DNA from: Patescibacteria group bacterium
Lineage (GTDB): Bacteria; Patescibacteriota; Minisyncoccia; UBA6257; 2-01-FULL-56-20
Reading direction: 5' to 3'
Assembly: GCA_038063055.1 (NCBI GenBank)
Contig: JBBTVY010000001.1
Location: forward strand, 1-52,106
DNA: 52,106 bases
Shown: one piece after another, positions 1-9,075 of the stretch
Layout: every line of letters begins with the position of its first letter
Numbering within the stretch: the first letter of the stretch is position 1
Notes under the pieces: generated by a model
What the model saw: the letters and a program-made list of their open reading frames with translations, nothing else
What the model was told of the DNA's origin: nothing
Database searches by the model: none
Program-made: the position numbers and the translations under genes

Positions 1-186
1 AAAAGACTGTTTCCTGGAGCGGTGGCAGTCCCGGCAAAGAAGCTGGCCCAATCGGCTAGGATCCGGCGCGAAAGGCAGTTCGGCAATGGGGCCCTGGCAC
101 TTAGAACAAGACCAACCGCCGGCGCAACCGTCGGCGTCGCCTGCTTTGTGCATAGTCCGGTTAAATCCCTGGTTATCAAAAGCCAT
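1..186 (-). CDS. CxxC-x17-CxxC-type zinc-ribbon protein (3' end runs off the window)
   Basis: Not in the ORF track. Hand translation from the ATG at 186: MAFDNQGFNRTMHKAGDADGCAGGWSCSKCQGPIAELPFAPDPSRLGQLLCRDCHRSRKQSF. CxxC...LPFxP...LCRDC is the family signature. Confidence 0.8.
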   Translation of the reverse strand, partial: MAFDNQGFNRTMHKAGDADGCAGGWSCSKCQGPIAELPFAPDPSRLGQLLCRDCHRSRKQSF

Positions 187-289
187 TTTGTTTCTTTTTT
201 TTGTTTTTCGCCCTTTTTTCTATCTTCGGGCGAAATACTCTCCTTTCGGAGCGAAACTGCGCCTCGATGCTGTAAGTTTATTTAATCAA

Positions 290-1018
290 TTACTGCGAAA
301 TTGCCTTTAAGGCATTTTCAATAATCGGCTTTAGAGGGGTAACTCGCGGATCCGTGCCGGCGTATTCAAAGGGTTGAGCGCCGCTTATCTTTTGCCCGTT
401 AACGAAAGTTGTCGGAGTTGAATTTATTCCCAAAGAAGCGCCTTCGGAGGTGTCTTTTTTAATCAAATCTGCGTACTTCCCGCTGTCATAGCAGGAAGTA
501 AAACTGCTAACGTCAAGCTTTAGGTCTTTGGCAATCTGAATAAAGAGGTCTTTTTTAAGATTGCCGTTATTTTCTCTTCCGTCTTTAAGTTCTGCTTCAT
601 AAATGGCATCGTGATAGGCCCAGAAATTTCCCTGGTCTTTGGCGCATTCGGCCGCCTGTGCGGCAAGTTCGGACTCAGCTCCCAAAAACTGGAAATTTCT
701 GAAAACCATCTTCGCCTTTCCGGACTCTATGTAATTTTGGCGTATCGACTGCTCGGTTGTGTCAAAAAACCTTGCGCAGAAAGGGCATTGATAATCGCCG
801 TATTCTATTATAGCCACCTGTGCCTTGGGGTCGCCGAGAATGACGTCGCGCGACGTTTCTTTTTTAAGGGAGTCGTTGGTCAGACCCTGATCGTTACCGG
901 TGTTTCCCGGTCCGTTTTTGGAAGTTCCAACAAGATAAATTATCGAACCGGAAATTAAAATTGCCGCCACGATTATGCTGGTCGGCAACAGGTAATCTTT
1001 GTTTTTCTCTGTCTCCAC
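290..1018 (-). CDS. DsbA/BdbD-family thiol-disulfide oxidoreductase with N-terminal membrane anchor
   Basis: EYGDYQCPFC active site, GINSTPTTFVNG cis-Pro motif, N-terminal hydrophobic helix. Confidence 0.9.
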   Translation of the reverse strand: METEKNKDYLLPTSIIVAAILISGSIIYLVGTSKNGPGNTGNDQGLTNDSLKKETSRDVILGDPKAQVAIIEYGDYQCPFCARFFDTTEQSIRQNYIESGKAKMVFRNFQFLGAESELAAQAAECAKDQGNFWAYHDAIYEAELKDGRENNGNLKKDLFIQIAKDLKLDVSSFTSCYDSGKYADLIKKDTSEGASLGINSTPTTFVNGQKISGAQPFEYAGTDPRVTPLKPIIENALKAISQ

Positions 1019-1055
1019 GATGTTAATGGCAGTTTAATATGAAAATCCTGCTCTG

Positions 1056-1706
1056 TCAAGCTTCTTCCACAAGCACGGCATAATCCCTCTTAAAAAACTC
1101 GAGCTCGGCAAGCTTGAAAATCGCGTATGTTATGAACGGAGCCGCAAAAACGTCTATGGAATAATGGACGTGTGCCAAAAGAACGGCAATTCCGAATATC
1201 GCCGACACCGTCAAAAAAAAGTAGCGCCAAAATTTTTCCCGCCAAAAAATCAAAGCCAGCAAAAAAGTCAGGCCGGTATGCCCGGAGAAAAAGAAACCGT
1301 CTTGCATATTTAAAAGCAGATAAATCTTGTCGATTATGCTGTCTCCCAGCGTTATCTGGTTCGGATAAATACCCAAATGAGTCAAGGTGACAAAAAACGA
1401 CCTTATTATTATGAAAAGCGAAATGACCTTAAGGGAAAAAAGAATGTATCGCGGCTTCAAGACCAGAAGTATCGTTCCAAAAATGGTCACCAAAAACGCG
1501 CCGTCGACCACTACTCTGGTGAGGTCAACAGTGGGCAAATTGTCCAAAAAAAGATCGCCGACAATGTTGGTGGCGCTTTTAGCGGAATAACTTCCGGCGA
1601 AATACTGCACTATTAAAGCGACAATTGAAAACAAAATCCCAACGTAAAGAGATTTTTTCCTTTGGGTTGTCCAAAACCCTATATGCTCGCGAAAAACATT
1701 AATCAT
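1056..1706 (-). CDS. PAP2-superfamily membrane protein, sphingomyelin-synthase-like (PAP2_C)
   Basis: Multiple TM helices. FFSGHT and HVHYSIDV match the SMS/PAP2 D3 and D4 catalytic motifs. Confidence 0.75.
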   Translation of the reverse strand: MINVFREHIGFWTTQRKKSLYVGILFSIVALIVQYFAGSYSAKSATNIVGDLFLDNLPTVDLTRVVVDGAFLVTIFGTILLVLKPRYILFSLKVISLFIIIRSFFVTLTHLGIYPNQITLGDSIIDKIYLLLNMQDGFFFSGHTGLTFLLALIFWREKFWRYFFLTVSAIFGIAVLLAHVHYSIDVFAAPFITYAIFKLAELEFFKRDYAVLVEEA

Positions 1707-1753
1707 TTATGCCGATAATTTACCATAATACAACAACTAACGCGTTTCGGCAA

Positions 1754-1930
1754 AATTGGCATGCCAGGTGGCGCCTACCTGCCGGCAGGCAGGAAAACTC
1801 CACCATTTTCTGCTTTCGTTAAGAAAGAAAGTTAGAGAATGATACTTTAGTAGCAATCGCCGCGCGAGCAACGGAGTTAATAACAAAAAGAGGCAGTAGT
1901 CGAATTTCCACTACCTGGTATGATTCAATT
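1754..1930 (+). ncRNA. Candidate 6S-RNA-like rod-shaped RNA
   Basis: Folded by hand. AATTG/CAATT and CATGCCAGGTGG/CTACCTGGTATG close the rod, GGAAA..CTGCTTT pairs with GAGGCAG..TTTCC, there is an A-rich central bubble, and the apical stem is ACTTTAGTAGC..TCGC-CGC-GCGA..GCAACGGAGT. G-U pairs favour the + strand. About 177 nt. Confidence 0.4.
1774..1793. repeat. 20-bp REP-like palindrome CCTACCTGCCGGCAGGCAGG
   Basis: Self-complementary except one pair. It interrupts the 5' arm of the candidate ncRNA stem. Confidence 0.7.
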
Positions 1931-1936
1931 GATGAA

Positions 1937-2038
1937 TCCCGTTAGAAAATTAAACCGGACATCAAAACAAGAAAAAGTGACATTGAGTACTGCCAAACGC
2001 CTGAGGCCGACAAGCGTATTTTATAATTTTCTAACGGG
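1937..2038. mobile_element. MITE-like element, CCCGTTAGAA/TTCTAACGGG family, copy 1
   Basis: Perfect 17-bp IR (1936-1952 and 2024-2040). ATGAA direct repeats at 1932-1936 and 2039-2043; the second is the DedA start codon. Confidence 0.8.
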
Positions 2039-2743
2039 ATGAAAATCCTGTATTTTCTCATTCTTTTTGCTGTTGTTTTTTTGCTGATGGCCACGATCAT
2101 ACATTTTGATTTGTACCGCGCCGGTAATATAGGGATTCCAAAATCCATTTCTTTTTCCAGCGCCTTTCAATGGGTTATAACGGGAGGATACATTTTGATG
2201 TTGGTCGGAATGTTCATGTTCGGGCCGATAATAATATCCGCCGCGGCTTTTGCGGCCGCCCTGGGATATTTCAATATATTGACGGTCTTCGCCATCGCGG
2301 TTTTTGGAGAATTGGCGATTGACCTCGTTTTGTACGCCATCGGTCATTTCAGCCGTATCGCCGTTGTCGAAAGGTACGGCCACTATCTCGGGCTTTCGGC
2401 CGCGAAAATAGAAAATCTGGAAAAACTCATTCAAACTCATTCAACCAAAACTCTTCTGGCCATAAAACTTGCCCCAATACTGCCTGTTCCGGGGCTTATG
2501 CTCATCGGCTCTATGCATATGTCCGTCAAAAAATTCACGCTTATAAATTTTGCGATTGCGCTAGTCAGAGCCGCCATTTTTATGTCCCTCGGATATTATT
2601 TCGGACAAATATACGATTCCATATCCGGCTACGCTGAGAATGTAGGATACGCGCTGGTTGCAGGAATAATTATGGCTGTCGCGGTTTATTATTCCTATAA
2701 AAAAATAACTGAAAAAATATCCGAGAAACTGGAAAATGGTTAA
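2039..2743 (+). CDS. DedA/VTT-family membrane protein
   Basis: GELAIDLVLYAIG and KLAPILP DedA-like motifs, multiple TM helices. Confidence 0.85.
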   Translation: MKILYFLILFAVVFLLMATIIHFDLYRAGNIGIPKSISFSSAFQWVITGGYILMLVGMFMFGPIIISAAAFAAALGYFNILTVFAIAVFGELAIDLVLYAIGHFSRIAVVERYGHYLGLSAAKIENLEKLIQTHSTKTLLAIKLAPILPVPGLMLIGSMHMSVKKFTLINFAIALVRAAIFMSLGYYFGQIYDSISGYAENVGYALVAGIIMAVAVYYSYKKITEKISEKLENG

Positions 2744-2752
2744 AATTTTAAA

Positions 2753-3937
2753 ATGCGCATAGCTATTTTTTCAGACACTTTTTATCCGGAACTTTCCGGA
2801 GTTTCCGATTCCATAATTTCTTTAGCTAAAGAGCTTGCAAAATGTGGGCATGAAATACGTTTTTACGCGCCCCGCTATTCGAAAAGAAACTATGAAAAAG
2901 CCGGACTGGCGCCCGAAGAAATAACGCTTGGCAAAAATATAAGCATAGTAAGATTATTTTCTGTTCCCTACCCCACCGGCACCGGACAAGGCAGATTGGT
3001 AATTCCGTCGCCTTTTATTCTTTGGAACGTAAAAAAATTCAATCCGGATGTCATCCACACCCAACTCTTCTTCGGAGCCGGACTTGAAGCGCTCTGGTCG
3101 GCGAAAATACTCAAAAAACCGCTCATAGGGACGAATCACACGGCCATAAAGGAATTTATTAAGTACAGCCCGCTGAGGGGCAAATGGGCGTCCAATATGA
3201 TACTCCGTTACGTGAACTGGTACTATGACAAATGTGACCTGATAACCGCCCCTTCGCGCTCGGTTGTTGACGAAATGAAATTCTACGGATTCACCAAAGA
3301 GTCGCACGTCATTTCGAATCCAGTGGATACCCAGACGTTTGTTCCTTTGCCAAACAAAAACTGGCTAAGGAAAAAATTCGGCTTTGGAGATTACACGATA
3401 ATCCACGCGGGTCGACTTTCCGGGGAAAGAAAAATAGAAGTCATAATAAATGCTGTTTCGATTGTCAAAAAAGAATTCCCGAAAACGGAACTGGCTATCG
3501 CGGGGCGCGGCTCGGCAGAAAAGGAATTGAAATCTTTGGCTGCCATGCTCGGAATACAATCTTCGGTCAAATTCATTGGATTTCTGGACAAATCCACGCT
3601 GGCCGAGGCCTATAATGCCTCCGAAATCTTTATCATAACAAGCACTTCCGACACCCAAAGCATGGTTATGATGCAAGCCATGGCCGCCGGTCTGCCGGTG
3701 ATAGGGGTCAAAGCGAGGGCGTTGCCGGAATACATAAACAACAAAAACGGCATACTTGTCGAACCCGACGACTCAGAAGCTCTCGCTAAAAAAATAATTT
3801 TTCTTTTTAAAAATCCGAGAAAAAGAAAAATTCTCGGTGACGGCGCCAGAAAGTTCGCGTTTAATTTCAGTTCTGAAAGTATAGCCAAAGCTTGGGAAAA
3901 AATTTACGAAAGGGCGGCAAGTAAGGCGGCACGATGA
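2753..3937 (+). CDS. GT4 glycosyltransferase, diacylglycerol glucosyltransferase-like
   Basis: MRIAIFSDTFYPELSGV N-terminus, DVIHTQ, GRLSGERK, DTQSMVMMQAMAAGLPVI. Confidence 0.85.
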   Translation: MRIAIFSDTFYPELSGVSDSIISLAKELAKCGHEIRFYAPRYSKRNYEKAGLAPEEITLGKNISIVRLFSVPYPTGTGQGRLVIPSPFILWNVKKFNPDVIHTQLFFGAGLEALWSAKILKKPLIGTNHTAIKEFIKYSPLRGKWASNMILRYVNWYYDKCDLITAPSRSVVDEMKFYGFTKESHVISNPVDTQTFVPLPNKNWLRKKFGFGDYTIIHAGRLSGERKIEVIINAVSIVKKEFPKTELAIAGRGSAEKELKSLAAMLGIQSSVKFIGFLDKSTLAEAYNASEIFIITSTSDTQSMVMMQAMAAGLPVIGVKARALPEYINNKNGILVEPDDSEALAKKIIFLFKNPRKRKILGDGARKFAFNFSSESIAKAWEKIYERAASKAAR

Positions 3938-4740
3938 AAGAGCATTTCTTATTTGAGAGAGGTATTTATTATAGAACGAACGATTTTCGGTCTAATCGTC
4001 AAACGCTCGTTTTTATTCATGGGTTAACCGGCAGTTCATCAGCTTGGTTGGAGTACGAAAAAAGATTCCAGGCAGACTTTAATATTCTTACATTTGACTT
4101 GCGGGGTCATGGTAAATCCAATAAGCCAAAGCGCTATCAGGACTATGAAATACGGGACTTCGTCCAGGATATAGATGAGCTGGTTAAACATCTCCGTATC
4201 GAAAAATTCACCATGATCAGTCATTCCTTCGGAGTGGTAATAGCATTGGAGTTTTTAATCCAGAATCAGGCCAAAGTAGAGTCAGTGATATTTTTAGCTC
4301 CCATCTTCAACGTCAAAAAAGTTAGGTGGGCACGGATTGTTCACATATTACTCGGCTGGGCTGCAAGTATCATGAGCCGGGCTCCATTTTCAGGTAACGC
4401 CGGCAAGCACATTGATTATTCAAAGTATCAAAATACTGGTGACTGGAATTTAAGAAGAATGGCGGCTGATGTCCCCAATACCAGCTTTCATGTTTATGTG
4501 TACTGCCTAGACCATATCTATAGGTTTGAAGGCGAACATTGCCTTAGCCAAATATCCATTCCAACCCTCATTGTTCATGGCAAAAAAGACACCCTTATGC
4601 CAGTTAAAAATGTTATCGAGGAGGTCAAAAAAATAAAAAAGCATAAGCTCATTCTCTTGGATAATGCCAACCATATTATCGTGTTAAATAATATTTCCGA
4701 GGTCTCAAAAGCTATCGAAGATTTTGTTGCTACGGTCTAA
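3934..4740 (+). CDS. Alpha/beta-fold hydrolase
   Basis: FIHGLTG oxyanion motif, DLRGHG, SHSFG nucleophile elbow, HGKKD and NH catalytic residues. ATGA overlap with the upstream gene. Confidence 0.9.
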   Translation: MKEHFLFERGIYYRTNDFRSNRQTLVFIHGLTGSSSAWLEYEKRFQADFNILTFDLRGHGKSNKPKRYQDYEIRDFVQDIDELVKHLRIEKFTMISHSFGVVIALEFLIQNQAKVESVIFLAPIFNVKKVRWARIVHILLGWAASIMSRAPFSGNAGKHIDYSKYQNTGDWNLRRMAADVPNTSFHVYVYCLDHIYRFEGEHCLSQISIPTLIVHGKKDTLMPVKNVIEEVKKIKKHKLILLDNANHIIVLNNISEVSKAIEDFVATV

Positions 4741-4809
4741 CTTTCAAAAATAACGGACAAGGAGTTATAATGCGACTAATCGAAAGAAGTATCTAATTCC
4801 AAAGGGAAA

Positions 4810-5598
4810 ATGAATCGCACAACTGATAAAATCAAGTTAAGCTTCGTAATACCGGCATATAACGAGGAAAAAATGCTGCCGGCCTGCCTTGAATCGGTTT
4901 TTGAAGAAATAAAGAAAAACGACTGGGCTTCGTTCGAAGTTATTGTCGTAAACAACGCCTCCACTGACGGAACCAGAAAAACGGCGGAAAGATACGCCGG
5001 GACTATTGTAGTCAATGAACCAAAAAAAGGATTAGCCCGCGCCAGACAGGCGGGATTCCTGAAATCCACCGGCGATTTGATAGCCAACGTAGACGCGGAC
5101 ACGATTCTTCCCGACGGCTGGATTAAAAAAGTAATGAAAGAATTTTCAAAAAATTCCGAATTGATTTGTCTTAGCGGCCCGTACTTTTATTATGATGTCC
5201 CCGCCTTAACAAGATTTATGACAAGGGTGTTTTATGGTTTCGGATTTATGGCCTACATAATAAATAAACATATTCTTAAAATAAGTTCCATGGTCCAAGG
5301 AGGAAATTTTATAGTAAAACGTTCCGCGCTTGAAAAAATCGGCGGTTTTGACACTTCAATCGAATTTTATGGAGAAGATACCGATGTCGCTAGGCGTCTT
5401 AACGGCTTCGGCGACGTAAAATTTACTTTTTCTTTGCCAATTTACGCTTCCGGCAGACGACTGTACGGCGAAGGAGTTTTCAGGGCTGGAATGCGATACG
5501 CCGCCAATTTCTTCTGGGTAAGTTATTTCAAGAAACCGCTTACCAAAAAGTATTCAGACTTCAGGCAAAAAACCAACGGTCCCGGCTCCGATTTTTAA
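4810..5598 (+). CDS. GT2 glycosyltransferase
   Basis: VIPAYNEE, NNASTDGT, DAD, GEDTD. Confidence 0.9.
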   Translation: MNRTTDKIKLSFVIPAYNEEKMLPACLESVFEEIKKNDWASFEVIVVNNASTDGTRKTAERYAGTIVVNEPKKGLARARQAGFLKSTGDLIANVDADTILPDGWIKKVMKEFSKNSELICLSGPYFYYDVPALTRFMTRVFYGFGFMAYIINKHILKISSMVQGGNFIVKRSALEKIGGFDTSIEFYGEDTDVARRLNGFGDVKFTFSLPIYASGRRLYGEGVFRAGMRYAANFFWVSYFKKPLTKKYSDFRQKTNGPGSDF

Positions 5599-5616
5599 TT
5601 TTCGTCAAAAAATATA

Positions 5617-6939
5617 ATGAGAATAATTTTTTTGATAGTCGGCGATTTTCTTGTTCTGTATCTCAGTCTTTTTGCCGCGCTCGTTGTCCGATATGGAGGT
5701 AATTTCTACGAAAGATTTGTTTCCGAACACTTCGTTCCGTTCAGCATAATTTTCGTTATCTGGTTAATTGTTTTTTACGTTTCCGGTTTATACGATTCCA
5801 GGCGCTTGAGAAACAATATGGATTTCCTGAAAACGCTCTGGCTCGCAATCGGGGTTAATGCCGTTATGGCAATGCTCTTCTTTTATCTCATCCCCTATTT
5901 CGTGATTACTCCAAAAACTAATCTTTTTGTGTTCATAATTATATTTGCGGCGTTAGAAATAACTTGGCGCCGTTCTTTCAATAAATTTACCGCGCAATTC
6001 CAGGCTAAAACAAAACTGGCGATAGTCGGTTCGGGCCAGGCCGTCGAAGAAATTTCAGCATTTGTGAAAGAAAATTCCCAGCTCGGTTACGAACTCGCGC
6101 TCTGGCTAAAAAATAAAGAAGATTTTTCTCCGCTTAAAGAAATTATCGATTGGGAAAAGCTTGTCATAAAAAATAAAATCGATTTGATTGTCATACCGCG
6201 CTATTTCAAAAATGAGCCGGAGGCCGCGAAAATTTTTTACCGTCTTCTTACGCTCGGCGTTAACGTTGTCGATTTGCCGACCTTTTATGAAATTATTTTC
6301 CAGAAAATCCCTCTGGAGGAAGTCAACGAAGAATGGTTTCTCGACGAAATAGTTGAAAAGGAAAAATTTTACGACAATCTCAAAAGAGGCATAGAGTTGA
6401 TTGTCGCGTTTGTCCTGGGCGTTCTTCTCCTGCCCGTTGAAATACTGATTACTTTTATTGTGAAAATCTCCTCGCCAGGACCTGCTATTTACAAACAAAC
6501 CCGGGTCGGCCGGAACAGGAAAGAATTCACAATATACAAATTCAGGACCATGAAAATGAACGAAGCCCATGAATGGCCGGAAGAGAACGACAAAAGAATA
6601 ACCGCCGTTGGAGGGTTTTTGAGAAAAACCCACCTCGACGAACTCCCGCAGCTCCTGAATATAATTAAAGGAGACGTTTCTTTTGTGGGGCCAAGGCCTG
6701 ATTTCCTTGATTTTTACGACAATCTCGAAAAAACCATTCCATACTATTCGATTAGAACGCTGGTCCGTCCCGGAGTTACCGGCTGGGCGCAAACCAAATA
6801 CCCCATTACTGCATCTATCGAACAAACCAAAGAACGTTTGGCTTATGACCTCTACTATATAAAAAACCGTTCGGTCGCCCTTGATATTGCAATCATCGCT
6901 AAAACGGTTAAAGTGCTTCTGACAGCGCAGGGGCGCTGA
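5617..6939 (+). CDS. Polyprenyl-phosphate sugar phosphotransferase (priming bacterial sugar transferase)
   Basis: N-terminal TMs, then KFRTM, LDELPQLLN, GDVSFVGPRP, PGVTGWAQ, YDLYYI. Confidence 0.92.
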   Translation: MRIIFLIVGDFLVLYLSLFAALVVRYGGNFYERFVSEHFVPFSIIFVIWLIVFYVSGLYDSRRLRNNMDFLKTLWLAIGVNAVMAMLFFYLIPYFVITPKTNLFVFIIIFAALEITWRRSFNKFTAQFQAKTKLAIVGSGQAVEEISAFVKENSQLGYELALWLKNKEDFSPLKEIIDWEKLVIKNKIDLIVIPRYFKNEPEAAKIFYRLLTLGVNVVDLPTFYEIIFQKIPLEEVNEEWFLDEIVEKEKFYDNLKRGIELIVAFVLGVLLLPVEILITFIVKISSPGPAIYKQTRVGRNRKEFTIYKFRTMKMNEAHEWPEENDKRITAVGGFLRKTHLDELPQLLNIIKGDVSFVGPRPDFLDFYDNLEKTIPYYSIRTLVRPGVTGWAQTKYPITASIEQTKERLAYDLYYIKNRSVALDIAIIAKTVKVLLTAQGR

Positions 6940-6949
6940 AAAAAATGAA

Positions 6950-7067
6950 TCCCGTTAGAAGCAATAATTTCATGATTTTCAAAATATACCCCATATTTCC
7001 GATAAAAGTCGCTTTTAATAAAACCGCTGATTTACGATTGTCTTAAAGACAATCTGCTTCTAACGGG
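6950..7067. mobile_element. MITE-like element, CCCGTTAGAA/TTCTAACGGG family, copy 2
   Basis: 15-bp IR (6949-6963 and 7055-7069). ATGAA direct repeats at 6945-6949 and 7068-7072; the second is the epimerase start. Internal hairpin GATTGTCT-TAA-AGACAATC. Confidence 0.8.
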
Positions 7068-8048
7068 ATGAAAATTCTATTGACGGGAAGCGCCGGCTAT
7101 ATAGCCGGAGTTCTTCTAAAAAAGCTTCTTCGGGAACCGAATGTGAACGAAATAGTCGGCATAGACTTCCTGCCTCAGCCCGCGGAAATAAAAAGCGGGA
7201 AACTTTTTTGGATAAAACACAATCTGGCGGAACACGGCTGGGAAGAAACGGCGCGCAAGCAGGGACCGTTCGACGTTGTTGTTCATCTTGCTTTCAAGAT
7301 AAGAAGTCCTTATGGAAAAGTGGAAGAAACTGGAAAAGAAAACTTTTTGGAATGTAAAAACGTTTTTGATTTCGCATTCGAAAACAAAATTCCGAAACTT
7401 ATATATTCAAGCAGCGTGGCGGCTTACGGCGCCTCCGAAGAAAATATCGGCGTTTTTCTCAAAGAAAGCTCGCCGTTGAAAGAAAATAAATCCTCTTATG
7501 GCGCCCAGAAAAAGGCCGTCGAGGAGCTTCTTTCGACAATGATTTCAAGTAACCGTCCGGAAACAGAGGTTATCATTTTGCGGCTGGGCAGTGTCACCGG
7601 ACCTGCCGGACAGAACCTCAAAAGTAAATCAATCAGTCTAATATCTTTCATCAGAAAAATTTTGCCATTCGTTATCGAAGCCGACCCGGCCTGGGCGCGC
7701 CAGTTCGTCCACGAAGAAGACGTAGCTGATGCCATAGTCAAGTTAATGAATTCGCCCTTTAAAAAGAGCGGAAATGAAATTTACAACGTGGCCCCGCCAG
7801 AATTCCTTACCGCCCGCGATATGGCAAAGCTTCTCGGGAAAACGGTTATAAAGGTTCCAAAATTCCTCATACGGCCTCTTTTCTGGCTTGCCTGGAATCT
7901 GACGCTCGGCAGAATTCCGACCCATCCGGATTCTTCCGCCGGCTTGATTTATCCGATAAATGTCGACGGCTCAAAAATAAAATCGATAGGATTTGATTAT
8001 CGCTTTTCGCCCGCAGACGCTCTGCTCGCGAAAAAAAGTACGCCTTGA
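7068..8048 (+). CDS. NAD-dependent epimerase/dehydratase (extended SDR)
   Basis: TGSAGYIA, SSVAAYG, YGAQK. Confidence 0.9.
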   Translation: MKILLTGSAGYIAGVLLKKLLREPNVNEIVGIDFLPQPAEIKSGKLFWIKHNLAEHGWEETARKQGPFDVVVHLAFKIRSPYGKVEETGKENFLECKNVFDFAFENKIPKLIYSSSVAAYGASEENIGVFLKESSPLKENKSSYGAQKKAVEELLSTMISSNRPETEVIILRLGSVTGPAGQNLKSKSISLISFIRKILPFVIEADPAWARQFVHEEDVADAIVKLMNSPFKKSGNEIYNVAPPEFLTARDMAKLLGKTVIKVPKFLIRPLFWLAWNLTLGRIPTHPDSSAGLIYPINVDGSKIKSIGFDYRFSPADALLAKKSTP

Positions 8049-8081
8049 ATTAATAGACGTCGTGCTTGTAAAATTAACTTA

Positions 8082-9047
8082 ATGAAAATAGTTGTTACTG
8101 GAGGAGCCGGTTTTATCGGCAGTCATGTGGTGGACCGTCTTTTAAACGACGGATACGAGGTTGTTTCTCTCGACGATTTTACGTTGGGTACTCGCAAACA
8201 TTTTGCGCACCATTTGGGAAAAGAGAAATTTAAATTTATCGAGTTGGATGTAGCTGAAAACAAAAAACTTGCGGAAACATTTTTGGAGTTCAAGCCAGAT
8301 TGCGTTTTTCATTTTGCGGCAAATTCCGACATACAGTCCGGCTCAATTGATTCAAGCATCGATTTACACAAAACTTTCATGACAACGGTCTCCGTCTTGG
8401 AAGCCATGAAATCTTCTGGCTGTAAAAACATTGTCTTTGCGTCAAGCTCCGTGGTCTATGGCGAGAGAGATTCCCAAAATCCGATATCAGAAACAAGCGG
8501 GCCATTTCTGCCGATTTCAAATTACGGAGCGGCTAAATTGGCTTCGGAGGGATTCATAAGCGCTTACTCGAATACTTATGACTTCAAGGCCTGGATATTC
8601 AGATTTGCCAATATCTGCGGTCCGCGAAGCACGCACGGTGTTTTCGTTAATTTTTTAAGGTTCTTGAGAAATGACGCCAAAAAAATAGAAGTTGCGAGAG
8701 ACGGCAAGCAGGCAAAGCCATACGTTTATGTTTTGGATATAGTGGAAGCGATCATGCTGGGCTGGCACAATGGCGGCTCGGAACAAATAAACATATACAA
8801 CATAGGCAATACGCCGCTGGTCTCCGTAAATGAGATACTCGATGCCATCTTGAAAGAAAAAGGAATAACTTCCATAGAAAGACAATATACCAATGCTCCT
8901 GCATGGGCCGGGGACGTTATAACTTACGCATTCGACGACTCGAAAATAAGGGCTATTGGCTATAAGCCGAAATACGATTCAAAAGAAGCCGTTTTACTGA
9001 CGACCAAAGAATTGGTTCATAATCCGGAGGCGGCGATAGCAATATAG
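8082..9047 (+). CDS. NAD-dependent epimerase/dehydratase (GalE-like)
   Basis: TGGAGFIG, SSSVVYG, YGAAK. Confidence 0.9.
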   Translation: MKIVVTGGAGFIGSHVVDRLLNDGYEVVSLDDFTLGTRKHFAHHLGKEKFKFIELDVAENKKLAETFLEFKPDCVFHFAANSDIQSGSIDSSIDLHKTFMTTVSVLEAMKSSGCKNIVFASSSVVYGERDSQNPISETSGPFLPISNYGAAKLASEGFISAYSNTYDFKAWIFRFANICGPRSTHGVFVNFLRFLRNDAKKIEVARDGKQAKPYVYVLDIVEAIMLGWHNGGSEQINIYNIGNTPLVSVNEILDAILKEKGITSIERQYTNAPAWAGDVITYAFDDSKIRAIGYKPKYDSKEAVLLTTKELVHNPEAAIAI

Positions 9048-9075
9048 CGCGCAGGGATAAAACCATCCGCTCGAT

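Noticed and set aside
225-270. c-di-GMP-I riboswitch (GAAA tetraloop hairpin)
   Set aside because: Lacks the GGCAAAC and GACGCAAA context and the second stem.
1754-1930. RNase P RNA (AGGAAAACTCC and ACAAAAAGAGGC resemble CR-I and CR-V)
   Set aside because: The two segments cannot form P4, and the region folds as one rod instead.
6106-6825. 239-aa antisense ORF, and the many other shadow ORFs in the track
   Set aside because: They lie opposite or within well-supported genes and show no recognisable motifs.
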